Shown: piece after piece, positions 1 to 13,139 of the stretch
Layout of the letters: every line of letters begins with the position of its first letter
Numbering within the stretch: the stretch's first letter is position 1
NCBI GenBank assembly: GCA_032718475.1
Contig: JAUCBJ010005355.1
Coordinates: 8,333-72,332 of the forward strand
Length of the DNA stretch: 64,000 nucleotides
Source of the DNA: Nemertoderma westbladi
Lineage: Eukaryota > Animalia > Xenacoelomorpha
Direction of reading: 5' to 3'
The notes under the pieces: generated by a model
What the model was told of the DNA's origin: nothing
Seen by the model: the letters and a program-made list of their open reading frames with translations, nothing else
The model's database searches: none
Program-made: the position numbers and the translations under genes

Positions 1-178
1 GTCGTAATGTGAGATATGGGATAATATTCTGAGAAGAATATTTTGGTGAATATTTCCGGGATGAATATTGCGTCGAATATTTGGAGATAAATATTACGAC
101 TGAATAAGGAAAGGGGGAATAATTATATTATAATTATTTCGTTATTAAAAATCAGAATCCTGAGGAAATGTATCCAGC

Positions 179-416
179 CAGGACCAGCCAGTGCATAATC
201 TTGTGCTTTGGCAGCCTCATGGAGTGAATAAGCATGGTGGACAGCCCATGACATTCTTGAGACGCATCTTAAAGGACACTGGCCTTGAAGATGCGGATGA
301 TCTAGCAAATGTCATGGGTGTTAGGGACTTGTGGCGGCGCAATTTTGTCGACAAGCCGGCACAGCATTTTAAAAATGCAGCTGCAATACAGCATGCCGAT
401 CCTACTACATAGTAGT
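179..416 (+). mobile_element. 5'-truncated 3' end of an RTE-clade LINE (same family as 49545-51687)
   Basis: Near-identical to about 51447-51687 (HNLVLWQPHGVNKHGGQPMTFLRRILKDTGLEDADDLANVMG); ends in a degenerate TAG-like tail. Confidence 0.9.
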
Positions 417-929
417 GGGCGAAAACAAAACTATCGAGTGGGGCCTATTATTTTTACAATTTGAAGGGAAAGAAAGGGTACTTTTTAGATAAAGATATTT
501 TATTCAAAAATTGTAACATTACTCAACGCCGTCAGTATTAACAGCGAACTGTTAATTAGCACTTTACAACTATTGAGGACATTATAGCATTGTATTGGCA
601 CATTTAGTATTGTATTTGGTGTTAGTAGTTAAGTAATGTCCCGTTAGCGGACATTACTTAACGCCGTCATTGGTTTCAACGTAAACAATAGGTGGCATTT
701 GCCTGACAGCCAGATAGGCCTACTGCACTACCTACCGGTAGGCGGTGTATAGCTATTAATAACCAGTTGGTACTGTATAAACAATTAACATGGCTCCAAC
801 TCCAAACGCCACCATAAATATAAGCTAACTTATTTTATTTATACATCAACTAATTTAATTTGTGCAGTTTCTATCACTTATAATATATATATATACAATC
901 ACTTCGTAATGTTAATATTTTGGAATAAA

Positions 930-1072
930 ACTACATACATATTTGTTGCCAAGTACTTTACAGTGTTCTGATCCTCGTGGCTTTAGTATCACTCACTCGC
1001 TCGTTCGTGTAACAAAGCACTCGGATCACCACACTGTAAAGTGCTACTTTACACACAAGTATGTAAATAGTT
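930..1072. mobile_element. Palindromic non-autonomous element (possibly Crypton-like MITE)
   Basis: Imperfect inverted arms ctttacagtgttctgatcctcgtggcttt / aaagcactcggatcaccacactgtaaag around a cactcactcgctcgttcgtg centre. Family assignment is inference. Confidence 0.5.
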
Positions 1073-1225
1073 ATTTCATAATAATCTCTAAACTGTGTTT
1101 TAAGCAAATGTGAAAGGCAATTTTGTTCTTCCATACCGGTACCAGAGCAGCAGGCCTAACTGGATTAATATTATTATAATTCACGGAGTACTTTTTTTCA
1201 CTTTAATGACCTTCGGATAATTTAT

Positions 1226-1480
1226 TCTAATAATATAAACGACGCATGTTGATGGCAGCTCGTTATGATAAAGGAGGCGCGTTTTGATAGCGTTAAGTTC
1301 CCAAACTCCCACACAATTTTCGACTGCTACTAAATATGTTATTGGTAAATCTTCAGATTTACTTACTGTAAGAAAATCGTGTCTGTCTGTCTGTTTGTTT
1401 GTCACACGAAAGGCTCCGAAACTATCCGGTCAATTTTATTGTTTTTAGTACCCTCCTGTAGTGTATGGTCTGAATGGGTG
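1226..1480 (+). mobile_element. Possible 5' part of a non-autonomous Helitron-like element
   Basis: TC-start tctaataatataaa, then a (gtct)n(gttt)n microsatellite like the one at the 5' ends of the Helitrons at 29420-33763; no 3' end identified. Confidence 0.35.
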
Positions 1481-2471
1481 TATAAAGCAATTTTCAGAAA
1501 AATACAGTCATTAGCTTTTGCAAAAAATGAAATAAATGAAAAGTGCCATAGACGCAATGGTAAAATAACACCAATAACAGCTGGTGTTCATGATGAAAAA
1601 TTGCCTATATAATGGATTTCTACACAGGCTTAGTATAAATCGATGAGGTTGCCAAGATTATTGTACTTAGTACACCCATACTATTTGATTAGGCCCTACT
1701 GCCTAAACTCCACTCCCTTACAAACTTGAAATTCTTCATAGGGTAGCATTAGTGTGTGTTAAAGATTTTATACAATAGAAGTGTTCTGAAGTTGAAGATT
1801 TACATCCCGCGTGCTTCCACGCCACTACTAATTATGAATTTTATGTACATACTTCATACTAATATGATTGATTGACTGGATAGGACATGACGATATAACG
1901 TAGTGATGCAACTACATATTGGTTGACTCGTGATTTCAATGCATTTAAATGATTTTAAAAGCTACGACGACAACCGACAGCCGACAACAACTGTATGATA
2001 AATATGAAACTCTATCCTGTGCTCATAACTTTCGTTTATTGTTTTGGTTAGATTAACCTCCAGTGTAACTTCAGTCTCCCTCAATTGATAATTAACAGTT
2101 TAGTTGGTGTTAATAATGGTTGTCGGAATTGGTTGTCGGTTATCGCGGTAGCTTAAATAATAGCTTAAATCTAGGGTTCGAGAGAGAGAGAGCCACAACT
2201 ACGACGCATTAGGTATTGTAGTCGGCGTCGTGAGGTACCATAGAAGGTACTGTATGTCTCCTACCACAGCACTCGTGGGTCGGAGATTACGTGGATGGGA
2301 CTGGCCTCGGTATTGTTGGACGCGTTTTTTTCCGTAGGGTTTTTAGAAAATCAAACAAACCTCGACCCTTTATTTTATTACAGTATACATAAAATCAGTA
2401 GATTGATGATAACATAGGTTGTAGAGTTTATAAAATTGAAAGGTTTTTAATTTGGTACAAACTAAAATACT

Positions 2472-2875
2472 GAACCAGCTGAAACCACCAGAAACCAACT
2501 GAAACCAGCAGTAAATCACCCGAAACAAGCTGAAATCACATGAGAAACCAGCAGCAAACCACCTGAAACCAGCAGTAAACCACCCGAAACCAGCTGAAAC
2601 CACCTGAAACCAGCAGTAAACCACCCGAAACCAGCTGAAACCACCTGAAACCAGCAGTAAACCACCCGAAACCAGCTGAAACCACCTGAAACCAGCAGTA
2701 AACCACCCGAAACCAGCTGAAACCACCTGAAACCAGCAGTAAACCACCCGAAACCAGCTGAAACCACCTGAAATCAGCTGAAACCACCTGAAACCAGCAG
2801 TAAAGCAACTGAAAGCTGAAACCAGCAGTAAACCAACTGAAACCAGCAGTAAACCAACTGAAACCAGCTGTGAAA
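2472..2875. repeat. Minisatellite, 41-bp unit built from ~10-bp GAAACCA subunits
   Basis: Tandem gaaaccagcagtaaaccacccgaaaccagctgaaaccacct with degenerate edges. Confidence 0.9.
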
Positions 2876-3556
2876 ACCAATAATATTAGGTTATAGGGGG
2901 AACGTAGATCTCGGCTGGGAACCAGGTGTGCTGCTACCTTATATCCTAGACACTAACTTAGAACCTGGCCTCTATCTAGTTATGATACGTAGATGTAAGA
3001 CACGGTTAGAGAAGTTAGAGCTATTCCCCTATAATTGTCAGGATTCGTAAGTTTACGTCTATTAATTAAATTATTAATTATGGGAAAGGAGCAGGTTACA
3101 GTGACAAGTTATTGAAACCAAAAAATAACCGAATGCAATAGAACAGGATGATTTTCCTCCGGATAAGGATGCATTTTTATTGGATCAAAAGTCCCCCATA
3201 TCTGGATCCTCGTGAAATGAATATTGACAATAATTGCTACTAGTTAATGATTTCTAACCTGCAGGCGGCTACACCCGTGTGACATGTCTGCAACGGCAGG
3301 GGTCGGGCGTCGTCTTCTAGAATAATTGTAGTATGTAGTGGTTGGCCTGAAATAGAACGAATAGGTCGTCTAGCTAAAGTGAGGTAGAAACTGCAATGCA
3401 ATGAGTCCGTAGGAAAAAGCTACGAATAAATGTAGCAGAATTCCCCACACATTCCCCTAGCACAAAAATTTTCTGCAACAAATTATGGAACCGAATTGTA
3501 TGGGACCGAAAAGTGCGGATAAGACCTAGGTCCCAAAACAAAATATTCTGAAGACC

Positions 3557-6372
3557 TGTCTCTCTATCTGTATGTATGTCTGTCCGCCAGCTTGTCTCTC
3601 TATCTGTATGTATGTCTGTCCGCCAGCTTGTCTCTCTATCTGTATGTATGTCTGTCCGCCAGCTTGTCTCTCTATCTGTATGTATGTCTGTCCGCCAGCT
3701 TGTCTCTCTATCTGTATGTATGTCTGTCCGCCAGCTTGTCTCTCTATCTGTATGTATGTCTGTCCGCCAGCTTGTCTCTCTATCTGTATGTATGTCTGTC
3801 CGCCAGCTTGTCTCTCTATCTGTATGTATGTCTGTCCGCCAGCTTGTCTCTCTATCTGTATGTATGTCTGTCCGCCAGCTTGTCTCTCTATCTGTATGTA
3901 TGTCTGTCCGCCAGCTTGTCTCTCTATCTGTATGTATGTCTGTCCGCCAGCTTGTCTCTCTATCTGTATGTATGTCTGTCCGCCAGCTTGTCTCTCTATC
4001 TGTATGTATGTCTGTCCGCCAGCTTGTCTCTCTATCTGTATGTATGTCTGTCCGCCAGCTTGTCTCTCTATCTGTATGTATGTCTGTCCGCCAGCTTGTC
4101 TCTCTATCTGTATGTATGTCTGTCCGCCAGCTTGTCTCTCTATCTGTATGTATGTCTGTCCGCCAGCTTGTCTCTCTATCTGTATGTATGTCTGTCCGCC
4201 AGCTTGTCTGTCTATCTGTATGTATGTCTGTCCGCCAGCTTGTCTCTCTATCTGTATGTATGTCTGTCCGCCAGCTTGTCTCTCTATCTGTATGTATGTC
4301 TGTCCGCCAGCTTGTCTCTCTATCTGTATGTATGTCTGTCCGCCAGCTTGTCTCTCTATCTGTATGTATGTCTGTCCGCCAGCTTGTCTCTCTATCTGTA
4401 TGTATGTCTGTCCGCCAGCTTGTCTCTCTATCTGTATGTATGTCTGTCCGCCAGCTTGTCTCTCTATCTGTATGTATGTCTGTCCGCCAGCTTGTCTCTC
4501 TATCTGTATGTATGTCTGTCCGCCAGCTTGTCTCTCTATCTGTATGTATGTCTGTCCGCCAGCTTGTCTGTCTATCTGTATGTATGTCTGTCCGCCAGCT
4601 TGTCTCTCTATCTGTATGTATGTCTGTCCGCCAGCTTGTCTCTCTATCTGTATGTATGTCTGTCCGCCAGCTTGTCTCTCTATCTGTATGTATGTCTGTC
4701 CGCCAGCTTGTCTCTCTATCTGTATGTATGTCTGTCCGCCAGCTTGTCTCTCTATCTGTATGTATGTCTGTCCGCCAGCTTGTCTGTCTATCTGTATGTA
4801 TGTCTGTCCGCCAGCTTGTCTCTCTATCTGTATGTATGTCTGTCCGCCAGCTTGTCTCTCTATCTGTATGTATGTCTGTCCGCCAGCTTGTCTCTCTATC
4901 TGTATGTATGTCTGTCCGCCAGCTTGTCTGTCTATCTGTATGTATGTCTGTCCGCCAGCTTGTCTCTCTATCTGTATGTATGTCTGTCCGCCAGCTTGTC
5001 TCTCTATCTGTATGTATGTCTGTCCGCCAGCTTGTCTGTCTATCTGTATGTATGTCTGTCCGCCAGCTTGTCTCTCTATCTGTATGTATGTCTGTCCGCC
5101 AGCTTGTCTCTCTATCTGTATGTATGTCTGTCCGCCAGCTTGTCTGTCTATCTGTATGTATGTCTGTCCGCCAGCTTGTCTCTCTATCTGTATGTATGTC
5201 TGTCCGCCAGCTTGTCTCTCTATCTGTATGTATGTCTGTCCGCCAGCTTGTCTCTCTATCTGTATGTATGTCTGTCCGCCAGCTTGTCTCTCTATCTGTA
5301 TGTATGTCTGTCCGCCAGCTTGTCTCTCTATCTGTATGTATGTCTGTCCGCCAGCTTGTCTCTCTATCTGTATGTATGTCTGTCCGCCAGCTTGTCTCTC
5401 TATCTGTATGTATGTCTGTCCGCCAGCTTGTCTGTCTATCTGTATGTATGTCTGTCCGCCAGCTTGTCTCTCTATCTGTATGTATGTCTGTCCGCCAGCT
5501 TGTCTGTCTATCTGTATGTATGTCTGTCCGCCAGCTTGTCTCTCTATCTGTATGTATGTCTGTCCGCCAGCTTGTCTCTCTATCTGTATGTATGTCTGTC
5601 CGCCAGCTTGTCTGTCTATCTGTATGTATGTCTGTCCGCCAGCTTGTCTCTCTATCTGTATGTATGTCTGTCCGCCAGCTTGTCTCTCTATCTGTATGTA
5701 TGTCTGTCCGCCAGCTTGTCTGTCTATCTGTATGTATGTCTGTCCGCCAGCTTGTCTCTCTATCTGTATGTATGTCTGTCCGCCAGCTTGTCTCTCTATC
5801 TGTATGTATGTCTGTCCGCCAGCTTGTCTGTCTATCTGTATGTATGTCTGTCCGCCAGCTTGTCTCTCTATCTGTATGTATGTCTGTCCGCCAGCTTGTC
5901 TCTCTATCTGTATGTATGTCTGTCCGCCAGCTTGTCTCTCTATCTGTATGTATGTCTGTCCGCCAGCTTGTCTCTCTATCTGTATGTATGTCTGTCCGCC
6001 AGCTTGTCTCTCTATCTGTATGTATGTCTGTCCGCCAGCTTGTCTCTCTATCTGTATGTATGTCTGTCCGCCAGCTTGTCTGTCTATCTGTATGTATGTC
6101 TGTCCGCCAGCTTGTCTCTCTATCTGTATGTATGTCTGTCCGCCAGCTTGTCTCTCTATCTGTATGTATGTCTGTCCGCCAGCTTGTCTGTCTATCTGTA
6201 TGTATGTCTGTCCGCCAGCTTGTCTCTCTATCTGTATGTATGTCTGTCCGCCAGCTTGTCTCTCTATCTGTATGTATGTCTGTCCGCCAGCTTGTCTCTC
6301 TATCTGTATGTATGTCTGTCCGCCAGCTTGTCTCTCTATCTGTATGTATGTCTGTCCGCCAGCTTGTCTGTC
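3557..6372. repeat. 36-bp satellite, ~78 near-identical copies
   Basis: Unit tctctctatctgtatgtatgtctgtccgccagcttg; the only variant I saw is tctctc/tctgtc. Confidence 0.98.
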
Positions 6373-6750
6373 TTCTGTCTGTCTGTTTCTTCAAACAGTC
6401 CAATGCACCTAATTTACAGCATATATTTATAAGTTAATGTTATAATTAACATAAACCAACCGTGGCTACTTATAGTTGTCTCTAATTGAATATAGTGAAG
6501 CCTTGGGTCACGTGATATCATTCCATACTTCTTTAAAACCATCTTCACAAGTTCCTCACTAAAACATAAAGTTAAAATTATTAAATTGAGAGTTAGTTAT
6601 TATAAATAAATAATAATATTGAGAGTAATTAATAATAAACGACAAAACAAAGATTCTTATGGCACAAACGCAATGTAGATGAAAACGACACTTTGTTCCG
6701 AAAATAGGATGGCAGTCTGTGATCGGGTTTGTAAGTATATCGATTCTTAA

Positions 6751-7126
6751 GGCCTGTTTAAACGTTGCAACTTTTAGAGCAACTTTCTCCGCAACTACAG
6801 TAGCAACTTTTTTTGGAGCAATTTAATTTAATCGCTGTTTACACGTGGCAACTTTACCAGCAACTTGGCCGGCAACTTTTAAAGCAACTTGGCTTGTTTA
6901 ACTGTAAAATAGTGTGTCATTTGATCTACTAGCTAGTTTTTGATAATTGAATTTGATTATCCCGCTTTAATTCGCCAACCTAAATTCCTTCAAGTTGCCG
7001 TAAAAGTTGAGCAACTTTTACAGCAACCTTTTTACGTGTTTACACGGAGCAACTTGATCGGCAACCTGGGTTGCTCTACAAGTTGCCGAGAAAGTTGCTC
7101 TAAAAGTTGCCACGTGTAAACAGGCG
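6751..7126. mobile_element. MITE with long terminal inverted repeats (PIF/Harbinger-like)
   Basis: Left ggcctgtttaaacgttgcaacttttagagcaactttctc matches the reverse complement of right gagaaagttgctctaaaagttgccacgtgtaaacaggc. Preceded by TAA; internal GCAACT repeats; no right-hand TSD seen. Confidence 0.8.
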
Positions 7127-7523
7127 AAACATAATAAAACAATAGTTTGAATAAAATTATGAAGGGCTATGAACTTCATGGCAATACATTAATACATTAT
7201 ATAAGTGCTTGATTACGTTAGTTTAATAGAGAAGGAAAGAATCCGGCCTGTAATAATAAAAAAAATTAATAATAATAAAAAGTTTTTAAGGAACAAAATA
7301 GATAGAGTGGATGCACCCTCTCCTCTACCCATAATACAAGCATTGTCTACCCAGCTGATTCTGGCACTGCTATGGCCAGGCCACCCACTTACCAATTCCG
7401 GGATACGCTTGTGTTTCGCAGCATCCTGGCATATGTACCACCCAGAGACCTGGTGTCTACAGCAGTTAGAGTCCAGCTGCATTACAGCATCCCAGGCTCC
7501 ACTGCTGCAGGGAAAAGGCGTAC

Positions 7524-7606
7524 ATTTGAATGGGAGAATCTTTTAGGCTCGTTAGGCCAAGGCATGCCTGTTCACCACCACGGGTAATCTTCCTTCCTTC
7601 CACTCT
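7524..7606 (-). mobile_element. 3' fragment of the SINE family at 11166-12058, with a single un-amplified (partly deleted) unit
   Basis: Reverse complement reads ...gtggtggtgaacaggcatgccttggcctaacgagcctaaaagattctcccattca, matching 12005-12058. Confidence 0.75.
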
Positions 7607-8899
7607 AAAAGGCGTGCATTTAAAGAGCTAGGTATATAACAGCTCTTATAGATGCCGGATAGCTTGTCGATTTCAGACCGCAGGCTTTCCCTTTGCGAAT
7701 TCGGAGATCTTCACCCCAATGTAGGTGATGTAAATGTTATCACGATCAATTTTCTGCTGGTCTGAATCCATGTTTACTATCCGAATTTTTGTCTTTGTGC
7801 TATGCCCTCCACCTATTTTAACCCAACACTGTTATGCAGACTCCTCTAAGTTAGATAACAGGTTTTGTGCTCACTTTAGTTATCAATAGTTATCAATTTT
7901 CGTTTGCTGCATTACCATAAAACTAATTAGTACACATGTACAGTTGTAATATGAAACTGCCAACATTACATGCTGATAACAATATGTCTATTCACACTAA
8001 ATTGATTTTTTCTGTTGACGACACAAGAACTGCTAAGTTATAGGAAAGAGAGCTAATTATAGAAAAGAGAGCTAATTATGAGAAAAAATGTAAATATATC
8101 CGTTATGTTAAGAAACATTAGTCGGGAATCGTCACTCACATATCTAAAATCAATGGGAGGAGGAATTTTAGATGCATCGAAACAGGAAAGGAATACAAAT
8201 CAATGTCCCCGTAAGCGCAAATATGATGGATTCTTTCTCTTTATTCTTCCAGGGCATAATAAGATACCTAAATCTGGGATGAGTGTCTTTCTTAAAAGGA
8301 AACAACATTCCCAAAACAGGATCATCCGATATGTTATCAGTATTACTCACAAGGGCTAATGTTTTTCTGTTAATTCCCCCCAGGCAGGTAACTTTCCACC
8401 AGCTTTCTTCAAAACTTCACTCCACGCATGGCGTTCCATTAACAAAAGTAAACCTGACAGTCAAGGAAAATGCATTGATATAATTCATAAACAAATGTCC
8501 CCATTGATAGCCTGCTTTGTACGCTGGCTATAAAGAAACAAGGGGAGCGTAACTTTTTCCTAAAATGTCAGGAATTTTGTTTCTCTTTTTTTGCGAATTT
8601 TTTTCCTATTTTAGAGTAGGCCTACAGTACTTTGTAGGGCGAAACACATAGTTGGCGAGCCTTGGCATCCGGTTCATATTGGGAAAATGGTGGATGATAT
8701 TGAAAAGTTAAGACAATTAATTGGTGGGGATGCCTAGACGCTAGAGATTCCGAAGTAGCTTCGCGAAGACCCACGAATGTGTTCTTGTTCGTTTGGAAAT
8801 TCACAAATGATAGTTAATTTTGTACCCGCACACTTTTCAAATTTTTTTTTCACATCTAGGCCTACAGTACAAGAACTAAAAATCTTCCTTCGTCTCTGC

Positions 8900-10048
8900 C
8901 TGCTTGCAGATGATTGGAAATGTTGACAACAAACACTAGAAGAAGGGTCAATTGTTGTACAAATAGGGCAAGCGCGTCCTGTACTCCGCGTTCGTTTACT
9001 TCCGTTAGGCTTTCGACGTCGTCAGTAGGGTGGTCCGCCTTTATAAGATTTACTAACTCGGCATCCGAGGGGAGACGCCATTAAGCGTATCCGCGGAATC
9101 CTCCAAGGAGACTGTCTCTCTCCAACCTGCTTCCTTATATGCATTACCGACCTTGCCCACACAATTCTAAATGACTGTAATGTAATAAAGATCTTTTCCT
9201 TCGCGGATGACCTGATTTTATACTCATCTGACCGAGCGAACTCCAACATGCCCTCGATGTTCTACACGACTGGTGCATTATCAATGGTATTACTGTAAAC
9301 ATCAAGAAAACAAATAAATGAAATTTCGCAAAGCTGGCCCCCTCGCTAAAAATGATAATTTTACATATAATGGAACTCCCCTCACTGTAACAAATCGTTA
9401 CAAATATTTAGGTTTAATTCGACATCCTTCCCTATGTTTCTCCGAACAAATCCAACAAACGAAATCTTCGGAATTCTCAATAATTGGATACCTAAGTAAG
9501 TTACGTCTACTATCAATCGAAACCGGACTACAAATTTTCAATATGAAGATAGCCCCACAGCACTTTACCTAATAACAAGTCAATATCTCACATTAAATAA
9601 CCTTAAGGAACTTGACGAAATTAAAACGCAACATATAAAAAGAATGCTCTGCCTTATAAATCCGCCTCCTCAACTTTAGCCCTGAATCTAGTCAATGAAA
9701 AACCCTTAATGGAAACCGTTATATCGACCAACCCGGACAGCTTCAAAGGTGACGTCATCACTGTCTACAGAGCCTTCCGCTCTGAACGGGAGGTCAACTT
9801 TATATCGGAACTGTATGCTGATGATTAAACATAATTCCGTTGGTCCCGGGTTTGCCAGTTCGGTGTGGAAGCGGGCCGGCCAACGGAACCGCCACCACAT
9901 TACATGCACGGCCTCTCACGGATTCCACCATCTCGTCTGCAAAAACTCAACCCCGTTCCACACGCTCTCCCCCGAATGCCGCACTGCCGATACTGTAACT
10001 CAATTTACGACAGAATAAAAAGTATAAAAGCAAATAATTAAAAAAAGT
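8900..10048 (+). pseudogene. Degraded non-LTR retrotransposon RT (3' part), similar clade to 58975-61760
   Basis: Broken-frame motifs GILQGDCLSP, FADDL, KFRKAG, YKYLG and C-terminal HGFHHLVC; A-rich tail; several frameshifts and stops. Confidence 0.8.
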
Positions 10049-10589
10049 ATTCACCCTGTCACCAGTTTTTGCAAATATTCGAGTTTGCCTCTAGTTAACT
10101 CTGCCTGTTCGATCAGCTAGTTGTGTTCCATCAATCGTACGAGGCTGTTAGCAGGCGAATCCGGCCATTATAGGAATCTTGGGAACTTCGGATTTAGTGC
10201 GTTGTCTCGTACTGTATGGACGCGATTGGACGACCAGTGTTTCGGCTAAAACGCTAACGTCAGAAAAGGTTAGAAACCCAACTATAAATACAGCAATAGT
10301 CTGATGTCAGCTCAATCTTACAAATCTGTCATTCCATGTACCGTTAAATATGCAAGACACTAAATCGGTAACTAACTGCTCTCAACATTGAATGTATGAC
10401 ATAGATTATATGATAAAGGTGAACTACTGCAGGTCACACGAAGTATCTAAAAATTGCGGTTTCCTATTGGTTAAACAGTAAAGTAGTGGTAATGGGGGTT
10501 GATTAGGTTACAGGACTCCTGTAGAGCAGTAACCGGGTAACCATAGATTGCATCAATAACTTGCATGATACATTTTTTTTCATTTCATA

Positions 10590-10890
10590 AAACTCCAGGA
10601 CGAACTTGCCAACGACAATGTGGGGCGAGCCTTAGTGCACAATTCCGATTAGTAAATAGGGCAACATTTCATGTCCGTCTGTCTGTCTGTTCGTCTGTAA
10701 TGAAAAATTCACTCGTACATAACTTTTGAAGATTTTAACCATTTTCAAACAAATTTTGTATGGGCATTCTTAGAGTAAATCTTCCAATATTTTTGAAAGT
10801 TACGGACAAATATCTCTCGAACTTTTGACTCCAGATCAAATCGAACTTGTTTCGAACTTGCTCAAGTTCGCGTGCTGCGCGACGCCCCAC
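10590..10890 (+). mobile_element. Possible Helentron/DINE-1-like non-autonomous element
   Basis: gtccgtctgtctgtctgttcgtctgt microsatellite, repeated cgaacttg and a hairpin cgaacttgctcaagttcg; boundaries uncertain. Confidence 0.35.
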
Positions 10891-11165
10891 GAAATTATAA
10901 TATGACCCATAACCGATACAAACATTTGGTATAACCGAAAATGTTGAATTAACTAGGGGTAATAACTAATTAGGTTGCTCCCTATATTGGAGTTTGGCTA
11001 ATTGGTTATACCTTTATAACTGTGGTTTGGGAAATGGTTAGCTAAGTACCAGAAGCGCGTTCACTAATTAAAATACACTAACAAGTTGGTAGCACATTAT
11101 ATTAATAAATTAATAATTTAATTGAGTAATTTAATTTCATTAATTAAATTTAAGAATTAAATTAA

Positions 11166-12058
11166 AGCAGCAGCTTGGTCTAGTGGTGACATTCCTGGGC
11201 TTTCAATTAGGAAGCCCTGGTTTGATCACAAGATGGGGCAGCACTGTTTGGGCACAGCGTTTTAAATGTTTCAGCCTAGCCTAACCATGGCTTGCATCCT
11301 TAACTGGTCGAAAAATGGGAACCAAGGCAACTTGTAAAACAGAGTGGAAGGGTTTACTGTGGAAGATCACCCATGGTGGTGAACAGGCATTCCTTTAGTA
11401 AACAGAATGGAATGGTTTACTGTTAAGATCACCCATGGTGGTGAACAGGCATTCCTTTAGGAAACATAGTAGAAGGGTTTACTGTGGAAGATCAGACATG
11501 GTAGTGAACAGGCATTCCTTTGGTAAACAGAGTGGAAGGGTTTACTGTGGAACATCACCCATGGTGGTGAAAGGCATTCCTTTAGGAAACAGAGTGGAAG
11601 GGTTTACTGTGGAAGATCACCCATGGTGGTGAACAGGCATTCCTTTAGGAAACAGAGTGGAAGGGTTTACTGTGGAAGATCACCCATGGTGGTGAACAGG
11701 CATTCATTTAGGAAACTGAGTGGAAGGGTTTACTGTGGAAGATCACCCATGGTGGTGAACAGGCATTCCTTTAGGAAACAGAGTGGAAGGATTTACTGTG
11801 GAAGATCACCCATGGTGGTGAACAGGCATTCCTTTAGGAAACAGAGTGGAAGGGTTTACTGTAAAAGATCACCCATGGTGGTGAACAGGCATTCCTTTAG
11901 GAAACAGAGTGGAAGGGTTTACTGTGAAAGATCACCCATGGTGGTGAACAGGCATTCCTTTAGGAAACAGAGTGGAAGGGTTTACTGTGGTAGATCACTC
12001 ATCATGGTGGTGAACAGGGATTCATTGGCTTAACGAGCATAAAAGATTCTCCATTCAT
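11166..12058 (+). mobile_element. tRNA-derived SINE with an internally amplified 63-bp segment
   Basis: A-box-like tggtctagtgg (11176) and B-box-like ggtttgatcac (11219); central cttgcatccttaactggtcgaaaaatggga resembling the conserved Nin/Deu-type SINE core; 3' part shared with 7524-7606 and 13115-13145. Confidence 0.7.
11337..12022 (+). repeat. 63-bp tandem array, ~11 copies, inside the SINE
   Basis: Unit aaacagagtggaagggtttactgtggaagatcacccatggtggtgaacaggcattcctttagg. Confidence 0.95.
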
Positions 12059-13139
12059 ATTAATAAATTTAAAATAACATGATTTGTTTGCTGTTTATGC
12101 CGGGACAAGCGTAAAGCTATCTCAGGTTAAGTTTTATTTTAAAGTTATTTTTCCAGATATGAAAGCAATGCTGCAATTTTGTTATAAATATTTGTTATCA
12201 TATCAACGAACGACAATGTTTTCAAACTAATAATTTGCGCACTGAGCCATCCATCTAGGTGTTGTGAAACATAGATTATGACGTATTTTTGTGCAATAAA
12301 GATAATTAAAATGGACCCGCAAACAATATTGGGCGAAGCAAACCTGATGAAATCATGGGATTATCGTCCTAATTCAATTCGCTCCACTCATAAAATATCT
12401 TTCATCTCAATAATGAAACTGCGCCGAAATATAATAAAATTAGAAGCGCAGATGTCAAGTTAAATGGTTTGGGGAATCTAGCAACTAAAAGGCTAAAGCA
12501 ATATATTGAAAGGTTATCAAACCACCCAGTGAAGAAACAAGAATGATGGTAAATAAGTCGCCCCAGGATATATGGAAACCTAAATTAAGATATTTTGGCT
12601 AATTTATGTTGAGAAACATCCTGTGGCATTCGAGTTAAATGACATAAAAACATGTCTTATCAACTCAGACAGAGGAGTAAAGGCGTCTCTTTTCCTACTG
12701 AGGAAGCAGCAAGACTATTCCAATAGAGGGAGAAAATATAGTGATCTTATGGAATCCAAGCCAATTAATTTCTGACTTAATAGTAGGATTGTATCTAAGG
12801 TTGCTAGTTAGACCCAATGCTGGGCAGAATGACAGCCTCTTAATCAGTTCAACAGGCTGTGCCTAATGTCGATGTCATTATCGCTTGTCTGGGAATTATT
12901 TGCCCTGTTGCTATGTGGAGATGGATAGGTAATTTATTTTTTATCATTTCATTTGATTTATTTTTCTTTGGGAATGTCTGGGAAGCAATGATAAGGGAAA
13001 CACAATCAGTCTCACACAGTAAAATTAGGTTAGTTGTGAGTTAGAATGAGTCAGTTGGGTGCTTGGTGAGAAGTTCTATAGTAACCGGTTAGCAATCAAT
13101 AAATAAAATATAGATGGGAGAACTCCAGGATCCTTAAGC

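Noticed and set aside
3374-6437. 946-1009 aa ORFs in four frames
   Set aside because: Produced by a stop-free 36-bp repeat; open in several frames on both strands with no unique coding context.
11166-11240. Functional tRNA gene
   Set aside because: Degenerate B box, no convincing cloverleaf, and it continues into a SINE body.
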